Assembly (NCBI RefSeq): GCF_006345805.1
Contig: NC_043004.1
Span: 66,526,001 to 66,590,000 of the forward strand
DNA: 64,000 nucleotides
Direction: 5' to 3'
Source of the DNA: Octopus sinensis
Lineage: Eukaryota
The position numbers and the translations under genes were made by a program. The notes beneath the pieces were generated by a model. That model saw only the letters and a list, made by a program, of their open reading frames with translations. It ran no database searches and was not told the origin of the DNA. Shown here one piece after another: positions 53,059 to 64,000 of the stretch; the stretch's first letter is position 1; each line of letters starts with the position of its first letter.

Positions 53059-53123
<65 letters not shown>

Positions 53124-53223
53124 ATAAATATATATGTAATATACATACATATGTAAATATTGGAATGCAGACATATAGAAATATATCGATGCGTCTATGC
53201 ATATATATGTTTATCAATAAATG

Positions 53224-53274
<51 letters not shown>

Positions 53275-53627
53275 ATAACACAGATATATACATGCATTCA
53301 CATACACACACACATATATATATGCACACACGTTATATGCAGAGTCTTATACGTTTATACGTAATGTTGCTCATTTTTATTCTATTAATTTCGACAAAAC
53401 AGATGGGACTATTTTATATTTTACAATAACTTGAATCGTATATATTTTTTCTAACCTGTTGTCCATTGGCTAATTTTTCTCTCGTTATTTCCGATATCAC
53501 TTTAAAAATGTTTCACAGTGTATACGAAAATATAATCTGCAGATTCCAACGGATCTCATACATACATAGCACAGATTGTAGTTAGCACTTCACCCAGAAT
53601 CATACCTACATACATACGTACATACAT

Positions 53628-53680
<53 letters not shown>

Positions 53681-53792
53681 GTGTGTGGTGTATGTGTGTA
53701 TGCATATGTATGTATATATATATTTATGAGCGTGAGTGTATGTGTGTATATATATATTTATATATGCGCCCACACACATATATGTACGTGTG

Positions 53793-53823
<31 letters not shown>

Positions 53824-54622
53824 ATAGAAACATACATGCGCATACACATATGTAACCGCCCCGAATGCAGGTGTAACTCGTTCGAGTAGAATGAACATAG
53901 AGTTATATGAAATATAGCAGAAGCAGTTATAAATAAAAACATTGTCTTTCCGGCACCTGTATGCGTATTCCGTCTACCATCTTTACCCACCATTTCGCTT
54001 GGCATAATTCTCCTTTTTTTTTTTTTTTACAAATAGTGGCCACATATTGAAATGCACTCTAACATACACGAAGATATTGTGAACAGGAAATGCAGTCGGG
54101 CGACGTATGAATTAAAAATCACAAACAAACATCAAGTGCACGTCACTGAAGCATAGTTGCGGATGAGGTTTGAGACCGGAAACAGAATTTAAATTCAATC
54201 AGATATTAAATTTATTTGCAGCGGAAGCTTTCTTCGCCATATTGTATGCGCATTGCTTTACCTTAATTTTTTCCTAATTTTTTTGTTTTCATTTATCCTG
54301 TTTTCAGTATTGGAATTAGAATGGCTGAAAAAGTCAAATCTATGCATTTTATGATAGTAAATTACAGCGGCAAACGCTCACTGAGCAATATCAGAAAAGT
54401 TCTTAGAGAAAATATCAGGTCGTATCATTCATATTCATATTACAACAAACTAGATGTAATTTACGCTGGATATAACAAACCTCTCAACAATACATAAATA
54501 CCCCCAACATGTATGTATTTATGTATGTATGTATGTATGTATGTATCTATCTATCTTTATATATATATATATATATTATATATATATATATATATTTATA
54601 TACATATATATGTATGTATATA

Positions 54623-54671
<49 letters not shown>

Positions 54672-54677
54672 TATATA

Positions 54678-54716
<39 letters not shown>

Positions 54717-55434
54717 GTATATATGCATATATATCTGAATATATAAAACAGAGTTTGTGTATGAGTGGGTGCGCATATATTTCTTATGGATACGAAAACT
54801 GAGTCGCCGATTTGAACGTATGCGATATGAGAAGATTCATTCATCTCTCGGCTACCGAATAAAGTATGTTTTTTGCGCAACAGCTCTGTTTCACTTCAAA
54901 AATAGCCTCGAGGGACGCACAATTTTAAGCTCATTAACTAAGGGATACAACTCTGTCTGACCAATTATTTAGTTGATAATCATTTAACGTGAAGTATATT
55001 TGTTAGTGCCTTGTTTGCTTCAGACTTGCCTTGGATATAGCAGTCCCATCGCGTGAAATTCTGTAAACCTGTTTTTTTTTCTTTCTTTTTGGTGAAACGG
55101 TGTGTTTTGAGGGAGATTTGACTGCTACTTCTCGTAGCTCAAGTTATCACTGACACACTTCTCGGTGTGTGTTTTGTTGTGGTGAAAAATTTATTTTCTC
55201 AGAATATTTTGCACAATTTTTTTTACAGAACTATGGGCGTCTTTCTTACTGTTAACCATTGAGGTTCAAATTACAATTCTTCATTGTTGGAAGTCAAGTA
55301 GACTGAGATGTATATGTTATCGTACATAGTGAAAGTCCAGTACGAAGTTTTGAACTCATTTTTCTTGTAGTTAGTAATCCATTATCTTAAAATTGAAGCC
55401 AATACATTTTCAACGTTCTTTTACTGAATTTGAT

Positions 55435-55535
55435 AGCCGAAAATGTTCGTGATCATGTTATGCATAACATTTGGTCCCCTAGTTCTCCTGATCTAACTCT
55501 ATGGACAACTACGTCCAGGTTGTCAATGAGATAGA
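55435..55535 (+). pseudogene. Second maT fragment (WSPSSPDL)
   Basis: Homologous to about 50030-50140. Confidence 0.7.
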
Positions 55536-55689
55536 AAGAAAGGGAGTACCACCTTCAAAATTTTAATTGTTCATACTGACCTCAGTACGTATTTCAATCT
55601 GGCATTTAATTTATAGATCTCTACTTGAGTAACAATACTCGATTTAACAAGAAATGTAAAGACACACACACACACGCACACACACATAT

Positions 55690-55845
55690 TAGGTGCAAGA
55701 ATGACTGTGTGATTGAGAAGTTTGCTTCTCAACCACATGGTTTCACGTTCAGTCTTTCTGCATGGAACCTCGTACAAGGATTTTCTACTATGACTCAAAG
55801 CCAACCACAGACTTGTGACTGCATTTGGTAGACGGAAACTGCAGC
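55690..55845 (+). mobile_element. SINE family A, 5' half, old
   Basis: gtgtgattgagaagtttgcttctcaaccacatgg...tttggtagacggaaactg. Confidence 0.7.
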
Positions 55846-56081
55846 GTTATTCATCAGAAAATCACCGAAATACATGGTTATAAAGAAATGTTTGCTTAAT
55901 ACTCCTCATGTGCCGATTCTGCCAGTAAGAAAGGAACAAATAATACAATGTGGATGTGGGTCATAAAATCCGGGTAACATGCGGGTGCCTTGCTAATCAT
56001 TTATATAACAATGGATATAAATATATGTTCCCATCTAACTTATCTCTCTCTCTCTCTCTCTCTCTCTCTTTATATATATAT

Positions 56082-56136
<55 letters not shown>

Positions 56137-56413
56137 TGTGTGTGTGAGGTATATTTGCCATCTCAATATGGCTAACCACTATGGGTGGGTATTACTGTAG
56201 CTTGTAACCCCAGGAGAACATCTCCTCCAGCTGGCTATACGAACACTTTCTGTGCTCTATCGGTATTTGCAAAGGGAGGTCATCCTTCCCTCCTCAACCT
56301 AAGTGATACGCACGGACTGCAGTTTCTGGGTATTGACCCGTCATCGGCGCACGATAATCACGGGTTTTCGATGAAAGGAGTCCCAATGCATATATATATA
56401 TATATATAAATCA

Positions 56414-56444
<31 letters not shown>

Positions 56445-56449
56445 TATAT

Positions 56450-56540
<91 letters not shown>

Positions 56541-58714
56541 TGCGCGTGCTTGTGTGTACTATGTATGGGTGTGTATAAATATACATATATATGTACGCAG
56601 TTTTCATTTCCAATTTGTTCAAATACAGAAACTAAATTAATTGAAACTGGTTAATTGGGTATTTCAAAAGGAAAGACTTTTCCAAAAGGGACTTACATTT
56701 CAATGTGTTGGGTAATCTACGACAACGACTGTTTACTTTGAAAACAAAGCAAGAAAGTGATTTCAAAAACTTTTTTATTGGTAAATAAAAATAAGTTATT
56801 TACGTTTCTTTTAATAAAAATATCCTACCGGTTTCAACTCTTTTTAAAATTCTATTTAGCCACGTTGTATGACAAGGAAAACTATATTCATCTTTTAAGA
56901 TATCAGTTCTCAGAAGTCCACCTCGATTTGATGGATGCTGGTTTGTTCTAAGAGCAACAATATTAGTTCGGGCAGTGACGGTTCTTATTCTTATTAACGA
57001 CTGTCTGACATTAGTGACAGCAGAAGCAATTCTAGTGTCCGTAGTTCTTTGTAGTACGTGTGATGTGTCACGAACTATTTGAAGCAGCAATTACAGCTTT
57101 AGCACTAGTTGTAGTTGATGTGTGTCAGTGGTCCTTGAAGCAGCGCTGAAAGTAGCATCAGGTTCAGTAGCCGCATCATCAGCATTATATTCAATAATTG
57201 TTGCCCTTTTTTTCTTACAGTTATTTAAAAGCGGTGAGTATTTTTTTAAGAATTTTTTTCCTTGTTCACACATCTTTGCTCTGTTGTAAAATCCTTAGTT
57301 AGGTTACGAAGAAACGCAGTGAAACTTCCAAACAATCCTTTCAGTCGTTTGAAGTCTTAGAATTTAAAGGAAGGAAACTTTGTAGCATTATAATATCTAA
57401 GAATCGAATAAAATCTGACTAAATCCGCGATCCAATATAAATTTCATGCTTAGCGGCATTTCATCTGCTTTTAAGATCTGAATTTATTTGCTGCAGTGGT
57501 TGGCTTTTCATTCATTCATTCGGAATAGATAAAATAAGTATCAATGAGCATTGGGATGTTTGTAATCGGCCCAAATGCCCTTCACAATTGCTAAACTTCT
57601 GCCAAAATAACAGAAAAATTATATGAAACTTTCACCTCACTAGCGTCTTGCTTAAACACATCACTTCTTGTTTCCCAAATCCAATCTGCTGTAAATGAAT
57701 TGCAGCAATGGGTGGGGTTTTAAACATGTGATGAACAGGCGCCAAATAAACTGTGTTCCCAGTCATTTATACACCACGGTACCCGATTTAAGCTTTCCTC
57801 TTTAACATATTAAATGTTTTAATTTATTTTTAGGTTGAAAAAGTAAAATGATTCCTTATTTCTTTGAGGGGAAACACACAAACCGTGTATTCTATTACAA
57901 TATCCCTTGCTCCAACATATATTGGATATCCAGGAAATGGACGCTTGTACTATATTTGCTTCACTGATGGAACTATACATATAAAAGCAAATAAATGAAT
58001 AATTTACTTCGTTGTTATCGCAGAGTTCTGTGTCATTCATATGTTAATTATCAGAATTAAATATATTTTAATTAAATATAGAACTGTATCATACTTACGT
58101 TTATATATTTGTTTTGCACGATTTTTGATGTGAAATCGTGTGTTGATATAAGATTAAAATTAATCAAAAAGTAAATAAGGCTGAAGCAAAGTAACACCAA
58201 ATATAATATGACCATTCCTAAATCAACAATATGTATCATACTTGATATCCTTAAAGTATATGTTTCTGAATGTTAGTAAGAAATTAGTTGGTAATTTTGA
58301 AAGACATGATACATTAATTTGTTCATATTCAAAGCCTTAATAGTCAATTTCAAAAGTGAACAATGACGACTATAAAAGAACTAATGAAATTAAGAGCATC
58401 ACGCCTTCGGGTCTGAGTACCATTGGATTATTATTTATACACCACCATGTTTAACGTTTCTCTAAAATTAATCCAATGTGAGATATTGCATATTTCGCGT
58501 TATCATTGGTCATATTTTGATTAAAATATCAGTATTCAATTTAAAATTTTAAACCTTAAATATTACTCATAATCGTAAAATTCACACTATTACAGCAATA
58601 TAAATTGTAACACGTATTCCATCAAATCTTAAAAATTTGCAATTATTGAGACACACAATAACACACACATAAACACACACATATAAATGTATATATATAT
58701 ATATATATATATAT

Positions 58715-58880
58715 TATGTGGTAAGAAGCCTGGTGGTTCCGAACCTCATAGTTCCAATTTTCAGCCCCAGTGGCATAGGCATATTGAGCAAGTGTCTTCT
58801 GCTACAGCTTCGGACCGACCAGACTTGTGAGTAGATTTCTTAGATGGAAACACTGGAAAACACCCGTCGTATATATGGGA
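58715..58880 (+). mobile_element. SINE family A, 5' half, old
   Basis: gtggtaagaagc...gagcaagtgtcttctgctacagc...cccgtcgtatatatg. Confidence 0.7.
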
Positions 58881-59210
58881 CAAGAACGCAAAACATAGGT
58901 GATACAGGAAAGGGACAACAAAATATCCAGTTAGACGATACAAAGAAAACAAGAACGGGTCACTTGGTGTTATCTCTCCTCATTCAAGTTCCAAATTATC
59001 TTTGCAATTTCGGGGGCGGGGGGTTAACTCGAGATTGCTCCAATCTGGCCAGCTCCAAGGAAAAAGCTAAACTAAGCGCATTAGATTCCTCGGAAGAAAG
59101 CAGCGAATGTATACGAAAACAAGGACGGAAAAAATAGAGAAAGTTACAAATACAAATAACAGGACATAACGACAGGTGTCGTTAAGGACGAATCAAATTA
59201 AGCTGGCATG
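58880..59210 (+). repeat. Unclassified dispersed repeat X, copy 1
   Basis: Homologous to the reverse complement of 60345-60710 (ggacaagaacg...gacgatacaaa...ccaaggaaaaa.ctaa...gcattagatt...gcgaatgtatacgaaa). Confidence 0.75.
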
Positions 59211-59899
59211 TGTGGCAGGGGTCCAAGATTTCATAGGCACAGGGAATGATATAGATGTTGCACACCAACGACCAAACTAAGAAAGAAAGGTCATGCTTAG
59301 CCTATGTAGATACTTAAGTATGACTTATGTGTGTGTGTGTGCTTGTGAGCGTGTGTGCTTGTGTACCAATGTATTTTTTAGTATAAACTTAAATCTGAAA
59401 AATTATTTCATAGCAAAACCAATTATATAAATTATTTCTTTAAACATGACCAAGCACAAGTGCACAGATTTGCAAGTTAAGTTATATACAAGATAGTGCA
59501 TTGGCGCTATCGTTCTTTAATTTAGATAAAGGGAGGGCGGGAAAGTAAAATGAAATTAGGTTTATATATTGGCTCGATTCTCATCGTCCAAATTTGCGGA
59601 AAATTTCCAAACTGATGCGATGTGTCACACGCGAAGACAACGTATTTTTAGACCGCAATACACAATTAGAGCTAAGTTAAGAAGAATATTCGATTATTTT
59701 CGTATGGGATTTCAAAGTTGTGTACATCGATGGAATATATAAAATGATTATTTGCCGGAAATATAACTGCATTTCGCAGACATTAGAATTTATAAATAGT
59801 AAATATTGAAGACTGAATATCAAGATTGTTTTTGATAGTTAACTATATTATTATCGCTATTATTAGTGTTACCATGGATTTCGGGGTCGTCGTCGTTGT

Positions 59900-60014
59900 T
59901 GTTGTTATAATAATTATTATTATTATCATTACTACCACTGCTACCGCCACCATCACCACCGCCACCGCCACCACCACCACCACCACCACCACCACCACCA
60001 CCATCACCATCACC

Positions 60015-60072
<58 letters not shown>
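59900..60072. repeat. (ATT)n/(ACC)n/(ACT)n compound microsatellite
   Basis: Direct reading. Confidence 0.95.
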
Positions 60073-60104
60073 TTTCGATACATTTCGATACTCTACGCTT
60101 TTAT

Positions 60105-60305
60105 TTGTTTCAGTTATTTTACTGTGACCATCCTGGAGCACCGGCTTTAGTCAAGCAAATCGACCCCAGGACTCATTCATTGTAAGTCTAGTACGTATTC
60201 TATCGGTTTCTTTTGCCGAACCGCGAAGTTACGGTGACGTAAGCACACCAACATCGGTTGTCAAGTGATGTAGGGGGGACAAACACAGACACACAAACAC
60301 ACACA
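60105..60305 (-). mobile_element. SINE family A, 3' half
   Basis: Reverse complement of ccccc.acatc.cttgacaaccgatg.tggtgtg...ggggtcgatttgcttgactaaag.cggtgctccag. Confidence 0.85.
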
Positions 60306-60344
60306 GAGACATGGCCTCCGACCACTGCCGTGAGAACATCGTTG

Positions 60345-60710
60345 TCTTCGTCTGCCGATAAAGGCATTTTTTCAAAATACGCCAGCTAAACTTGTTGTAC
60401 TGCTTATTATTCGTAAGACACCCGCTGATTTTGTCCTGTTTTTACCATTATTGTTTTTTGTATTTTATATTCGTGTGGAATCGTCCGTTTTTCTGTCCCT
60501 GTTTCGTATACATTCGATCCTTCTTCCAATAAATCTAATGCTCGTAGCTTAGTTTTTCCTTGGGGCTGGCTGGATCGGAGCGATCTCAAGATTAATCAGC
60601 TGAAATTGCTAGGATGATCCGGTTCTTGACTGAAGATTGAAGGCTTCGAATATCCCGTCCGTGTTTTTTGTATCGTCTTCTAAATGTTTTACGTTCTTGT
60701 CCCAGTTTCT
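60345..60710 (-). repeat. Unclassified dispersed repeat X, copy 2
   Basis: See 58880-59210. Confidence 0.75.
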
Positions 60711-60711
60711 G

Positions 60712-61040
60712 CAGGAGTGGCTGTGTGGTAAGTAGCTTGTTTACCAACCACATGGTTCCGGGTTCAGTCCCACTCCGTGGCACCTTGGGCAAGTGTCTTC
60801 TACTATAGCCTCGGGCCGGCCAAAGCCTTGTGAGTGGATTTGGTAGACGAAAACTGAAAGAAGTCCGTCGTATATATGTATAGATATGTATGTGTGTGTT
60901 TGTGTGTCTGTGTTTGTCCCCCTAGCATTGCTTGGCAACTGATGCTGGTGTTTTTGTACTGGGCTTACAAAGAATAATTCCCGGGGTGACACGTAGAAGG
61001 ATTGAACCCGGAACCATGTGGTAAGTAAGCAAGCTATTTA
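60712..61040 (+). mobile_element. SINE family A ending in an inverted copy of its own head
   Basis: Near-consensus head and body; 60999-61036 is the reverse complement of the head (ggattgaacccggaaccatgtggtaagtaagcaagcta). Confidence 0.9.
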
Positions 61041-61229
61041 CGGTGACCAGTGTAGATTTTGTAAATATAATAAAAGATTGGAATGGGCTAGAATACGAAA
61101 ATAAACGCAGAAAATCTATACATTAACAAGTAAGATGAATAAACCGATAAAAGAAAGAGTGAACTAAAATTTATTTGCAAGTACGCGATACCAGGTAGAA
61201 TGGAGTTTTATGATATAATGTAATTACGA

Positions 61230-61441
61230 ACAAAGGTGCGTCCATGAGTTAAGCAGGTTCAATTTCCATCATGAATCCATGGCTGAGGTTTTGGTACTGG
61301 GCAGGACGCTGTGCCGTTGGGAATAACATCTCGATTCTTAGGAATGTACAGGTATCGGCAGTAGAACTATATCGGTGACCGACTTGCGCTACTCACAAGG
61401 CTACGGTTCATGATTTGAACTGTTTGAACGCGTCGAATAAC

Positions 61442-61499
<58 letters not shown>

Positions 61500-61612
61500 T
61501 TAATAATAATAATAATAATGATAATAATAATAATAATAATAATAATATTAATAATAATAATAATAATAATGTTAATAATAATAATAATGATAATAATAAT
61601 AATAATAATAAT
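61230..61612 (+). mobile_element. Possible R4/Dong-like LINE 3' end followed by (AAT)n
   Basis: QDAVPLGIT(S)R/ILRNV (one frameshift) resembles the QKAVLLGTARILR end of RLE-type elements; a short UTR runs directly into (AAT)n at 61436-61612. Confidence 0.45.
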
Positions 61613-63062
61613 ATATGTGTATATATGTTTCAGTGTGTGTATATATATATATATATGTATATGTGTATATATGTGTGTGCATGTGTTTGTGTGTGAGTAT
61701 GTCTGTGGGGGAGGAGTGACTTTGTGACTGAAATGTAGATGCAGAAAATATTCTCTAAATATCACCATAACTAACACTGGTTTTTGGGTTTTCATGTTTA
61801 TGTTAAACTCAATTATTATCAAAATAAACGTGAACTTTATTCCGATAATCAGTGTTTCACTGTATGTAAGAATATATGTATCTATAAAAGGCATGATGTG
61901 TGTGTGTGGGTGTGTGTATGTGTACGTGATTGTAATTTATGCACGTCCACAAATAAGCACGTATGTCGCTCCAACTTTAGGAGGATATTCGTCAACATCC
62001 TATCTGGGTTTTATCAACTTATTTTTTTCCCGAGGCACCCGCAGATAGCAGTAAAAATCAATTTTCAGCCTTAGTTTTTAGCGGTAAAAATCTATTTTCA
62101 GCCACAGCTTTTACCTATTTTGAAGGTTGAAACATGAGTTAAGTCCCTTCTAGCCATAGCTAAGCGAAAGTGTGTATGTGTGGGAGAGAGGGAGAAGTTG
62201 TGCGTTGATGTATGTGTGTGTGTGTGTGCATGTGAGAGAGAGAGAGAGAGTGTTTCGCAGCGTATAACAAAAATAGTAAAGAAAAAATATGAGTAAGGAA
62301 GACTGGGAGATAGTTTGAAAGCGTCTAACAACAAAAAAAGGTAAAGAAAAGTGGAAGAGAGGCAGAGAGTTTCAAAGAGTCTAAACAAAAAAGGGAAAGA
62401 CAAAGTGAGTGAGAGAGAGTGAGACAGAGGGGGAGTGAGAGAGTAATTGACGACGTTCATAGAAAATAAAATGTAAAATGTTTTGTTTTTTCTTGAACAC
62501 GAGATATAGTGTTCAAATTTAGGATGTTTTTGAAAGACACTATATTTCATAATCATAGTATATATACTTTCTCACACAACAATTGCAATATATTTATTTT
62601 AAATCATTTACTTATTTTAAATCCGTCATCCCCCCTCTCACACACATTTCTTTGTGTGCGAAAGAGTTTTGTTTGTATTTTACGCCGAGTAAAAAAAAAT
62701 GTTTTGTTGAGAATCCATTTATTTAACAACAATATAAATGGGTACACTTTCCGAGGCTTCCACCACACTCCAATCCGTTTCATGGACCACAAAATGGGAT
62801 TTGTAGCATATTAGGAGGCCAGAGTAGTTGCTTCCAACCAAAGAAAAAAAACGTGCGAGTGTTAATCTAGAAATCTAACATTTTTTCCATTCATTTCTGT
62901 TTATGAAAATGCGTGCACAAAATATGCAATAGGTGTACGTACGTGCGTGTGTGTATGTGTGTTCGTGTGTGTTGCCCATATATATTTATATTCTATTATA
63001 TTATATGAATATATATATATATATATATATACATATATAATGTATATATATATATATAATGT

Positions 63063-63108
<46 letters not shown>

Positions 63109-63114
<6 letters not shown>

Positions 63115-63230
63115 TATATAGAAGGTGCTTCTACAGGACTAGAACTGTTTCATTCAAGAGAAATCTTCAGGAAGATTACTCTTGAATGAAACAGTTCTAG
63201 TCCTGTAGAAGCTCCTTCTATATAATAAAT
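63109..63230. repeat. Near-perfect 122-bp palindrome (60-bp arms, 2 mismatches, 2-nt loop) containing a hammerhead-like motif
   Basis: The arms align base by base; the minus strand reads CTGAAGA-TTTC(tctt)GAAT-GAAAC-agttcta-GTC-CTGTAGAAG from the centre outward. Confidence 0.9.
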
Positions 63231-63261
63231 TAATTTTACTCTGCTATGTATTGAGTACCTT

Positions 63262-63295
63262 ATTTACTGTGGTTAACCCCGAATCAACCCGGGAC

Positions 63296-63336
<41 letters not shown>

Positions 63337-63417
63337 ATATTATATATATGTATGAAAACCAATTTCAATGGATCTCGCCCAAATATGACGTCGAGCAAGG
63401 CCGGGTTATACAGCTAG
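63262..63417 (+). mobile_element. Small non-autonomous Helitron-like element with internal (TA)n
   Basis: 3' end cgagcaaggccgggttatacagCTAG|T (GC-rich subterminal motif, CTAG terminus, T at the target); 5' part ccccgaatcaacccggg. The 5' boundary is uncertain. Confidence 0.45.
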
Positions 63418-64000
63418 TATTTTATAATGCTTCATTGTTTTTGGGAGTTTTGGCTGGACGCTTTATTACTCTTTCTGTATCTTTCTGTTAAAGACGTACA
63501 GAAGTTTGGATATTTACATAGACAAAAGAGAGAAAAGAGAGAGTGAGAGGGAGAGAGTGTGTTTGTGAATGAGAGAGAGAGACAGACAGACAGAGGGGGT
63601 GGATAGAGAGAGAAAGTAAAGAAGAGAGAAATAGACCAGGGAGAGAGAGAAAGAAAGAAATACTGTGTGTGATGCATGAAGCATAGCAGTACTTCTGTCA
63701 GGTTCAGGGACCATTTAATCGGCATTTTCCTGTGTTGTTTAACATTGCCTATCCTATAAATATGTATAATTCTGACCTCAATACAGATTTCTGATACATA
63801 TTGTAATGTTTTTGTTCAATACTTTGGGATAAGGATGTAGGAACATAATATAAATAGGTCATCTTATCTTGGAATATGCACCGTCAAATCTTGTTTCGGT
63901 GAGAACAGGAGGCAGATCCAAAACTTTTCTCGGCGGAAATTTAGTTACGATCAATAATAATTTATTTAGATATCGCTTTGTATTCATGTTGATGAATGCT

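Noticed and set aside
53724-54005. TGAGKT Walker-A-like motif in a minus ORF
   Set aside because: No preceding hydrophobic strand, no other helicase motifs, and the ORF runs into a microsatellite; chance match.
56180-56390. GC-richer segment resembling a LINE 5' UTR
   Set aside because: Single copy in the window with no ORF or motif to classify it.
15667-60770. tRNA genes at SINE heads
   Set aside because: A/B boxes are present but there is no cloverleaf or acceptor stem, and they continue into SINE bodies.

Overview
AT-rich, microsatellite-dense eukaryotic DNA. By inference from the SINE sequences and composition it is most likely octopus/cephalopod intronic or intergenic sequence. No intact host protein-coding gene can be assembled, and almost all track ORFs are translations of (TA)n/(CA)n/(CATA)n tracts. 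Recognisable elements: about 17 copies of one tRNA-derived SINE (family A), about 10 of a second (family B, often in tandem and with alternative tails), and one MetaSINE-like copy; two Neptune-type Penelope-like element (PLE) fragments (N-terminal region 9.4-10.8 kb; RT thumb + GIY-YIG 48.2-49.2 kb); mariner and maT transposase remnants; RTE and R4/Dong-like LINE tails; a Kolobok-type TTAA MITE; and a small Helitron-like element. The main unexplained signal is a set of minimal type I hammerhead ribozymes (HHRs) from at least four sequence families. Several sit in fold-back (inverted) duplications beside microsatellites (26.5-28.1 kb, 44.4-44.7 kb, 63.1-63.2 kb). One has a G3-C8 swap of the conserved C3-G8 tertiary pair, and another family has U at the normally invariant A6. 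All ribozyme calls are by-eye structural matches; none has been tested for activity.
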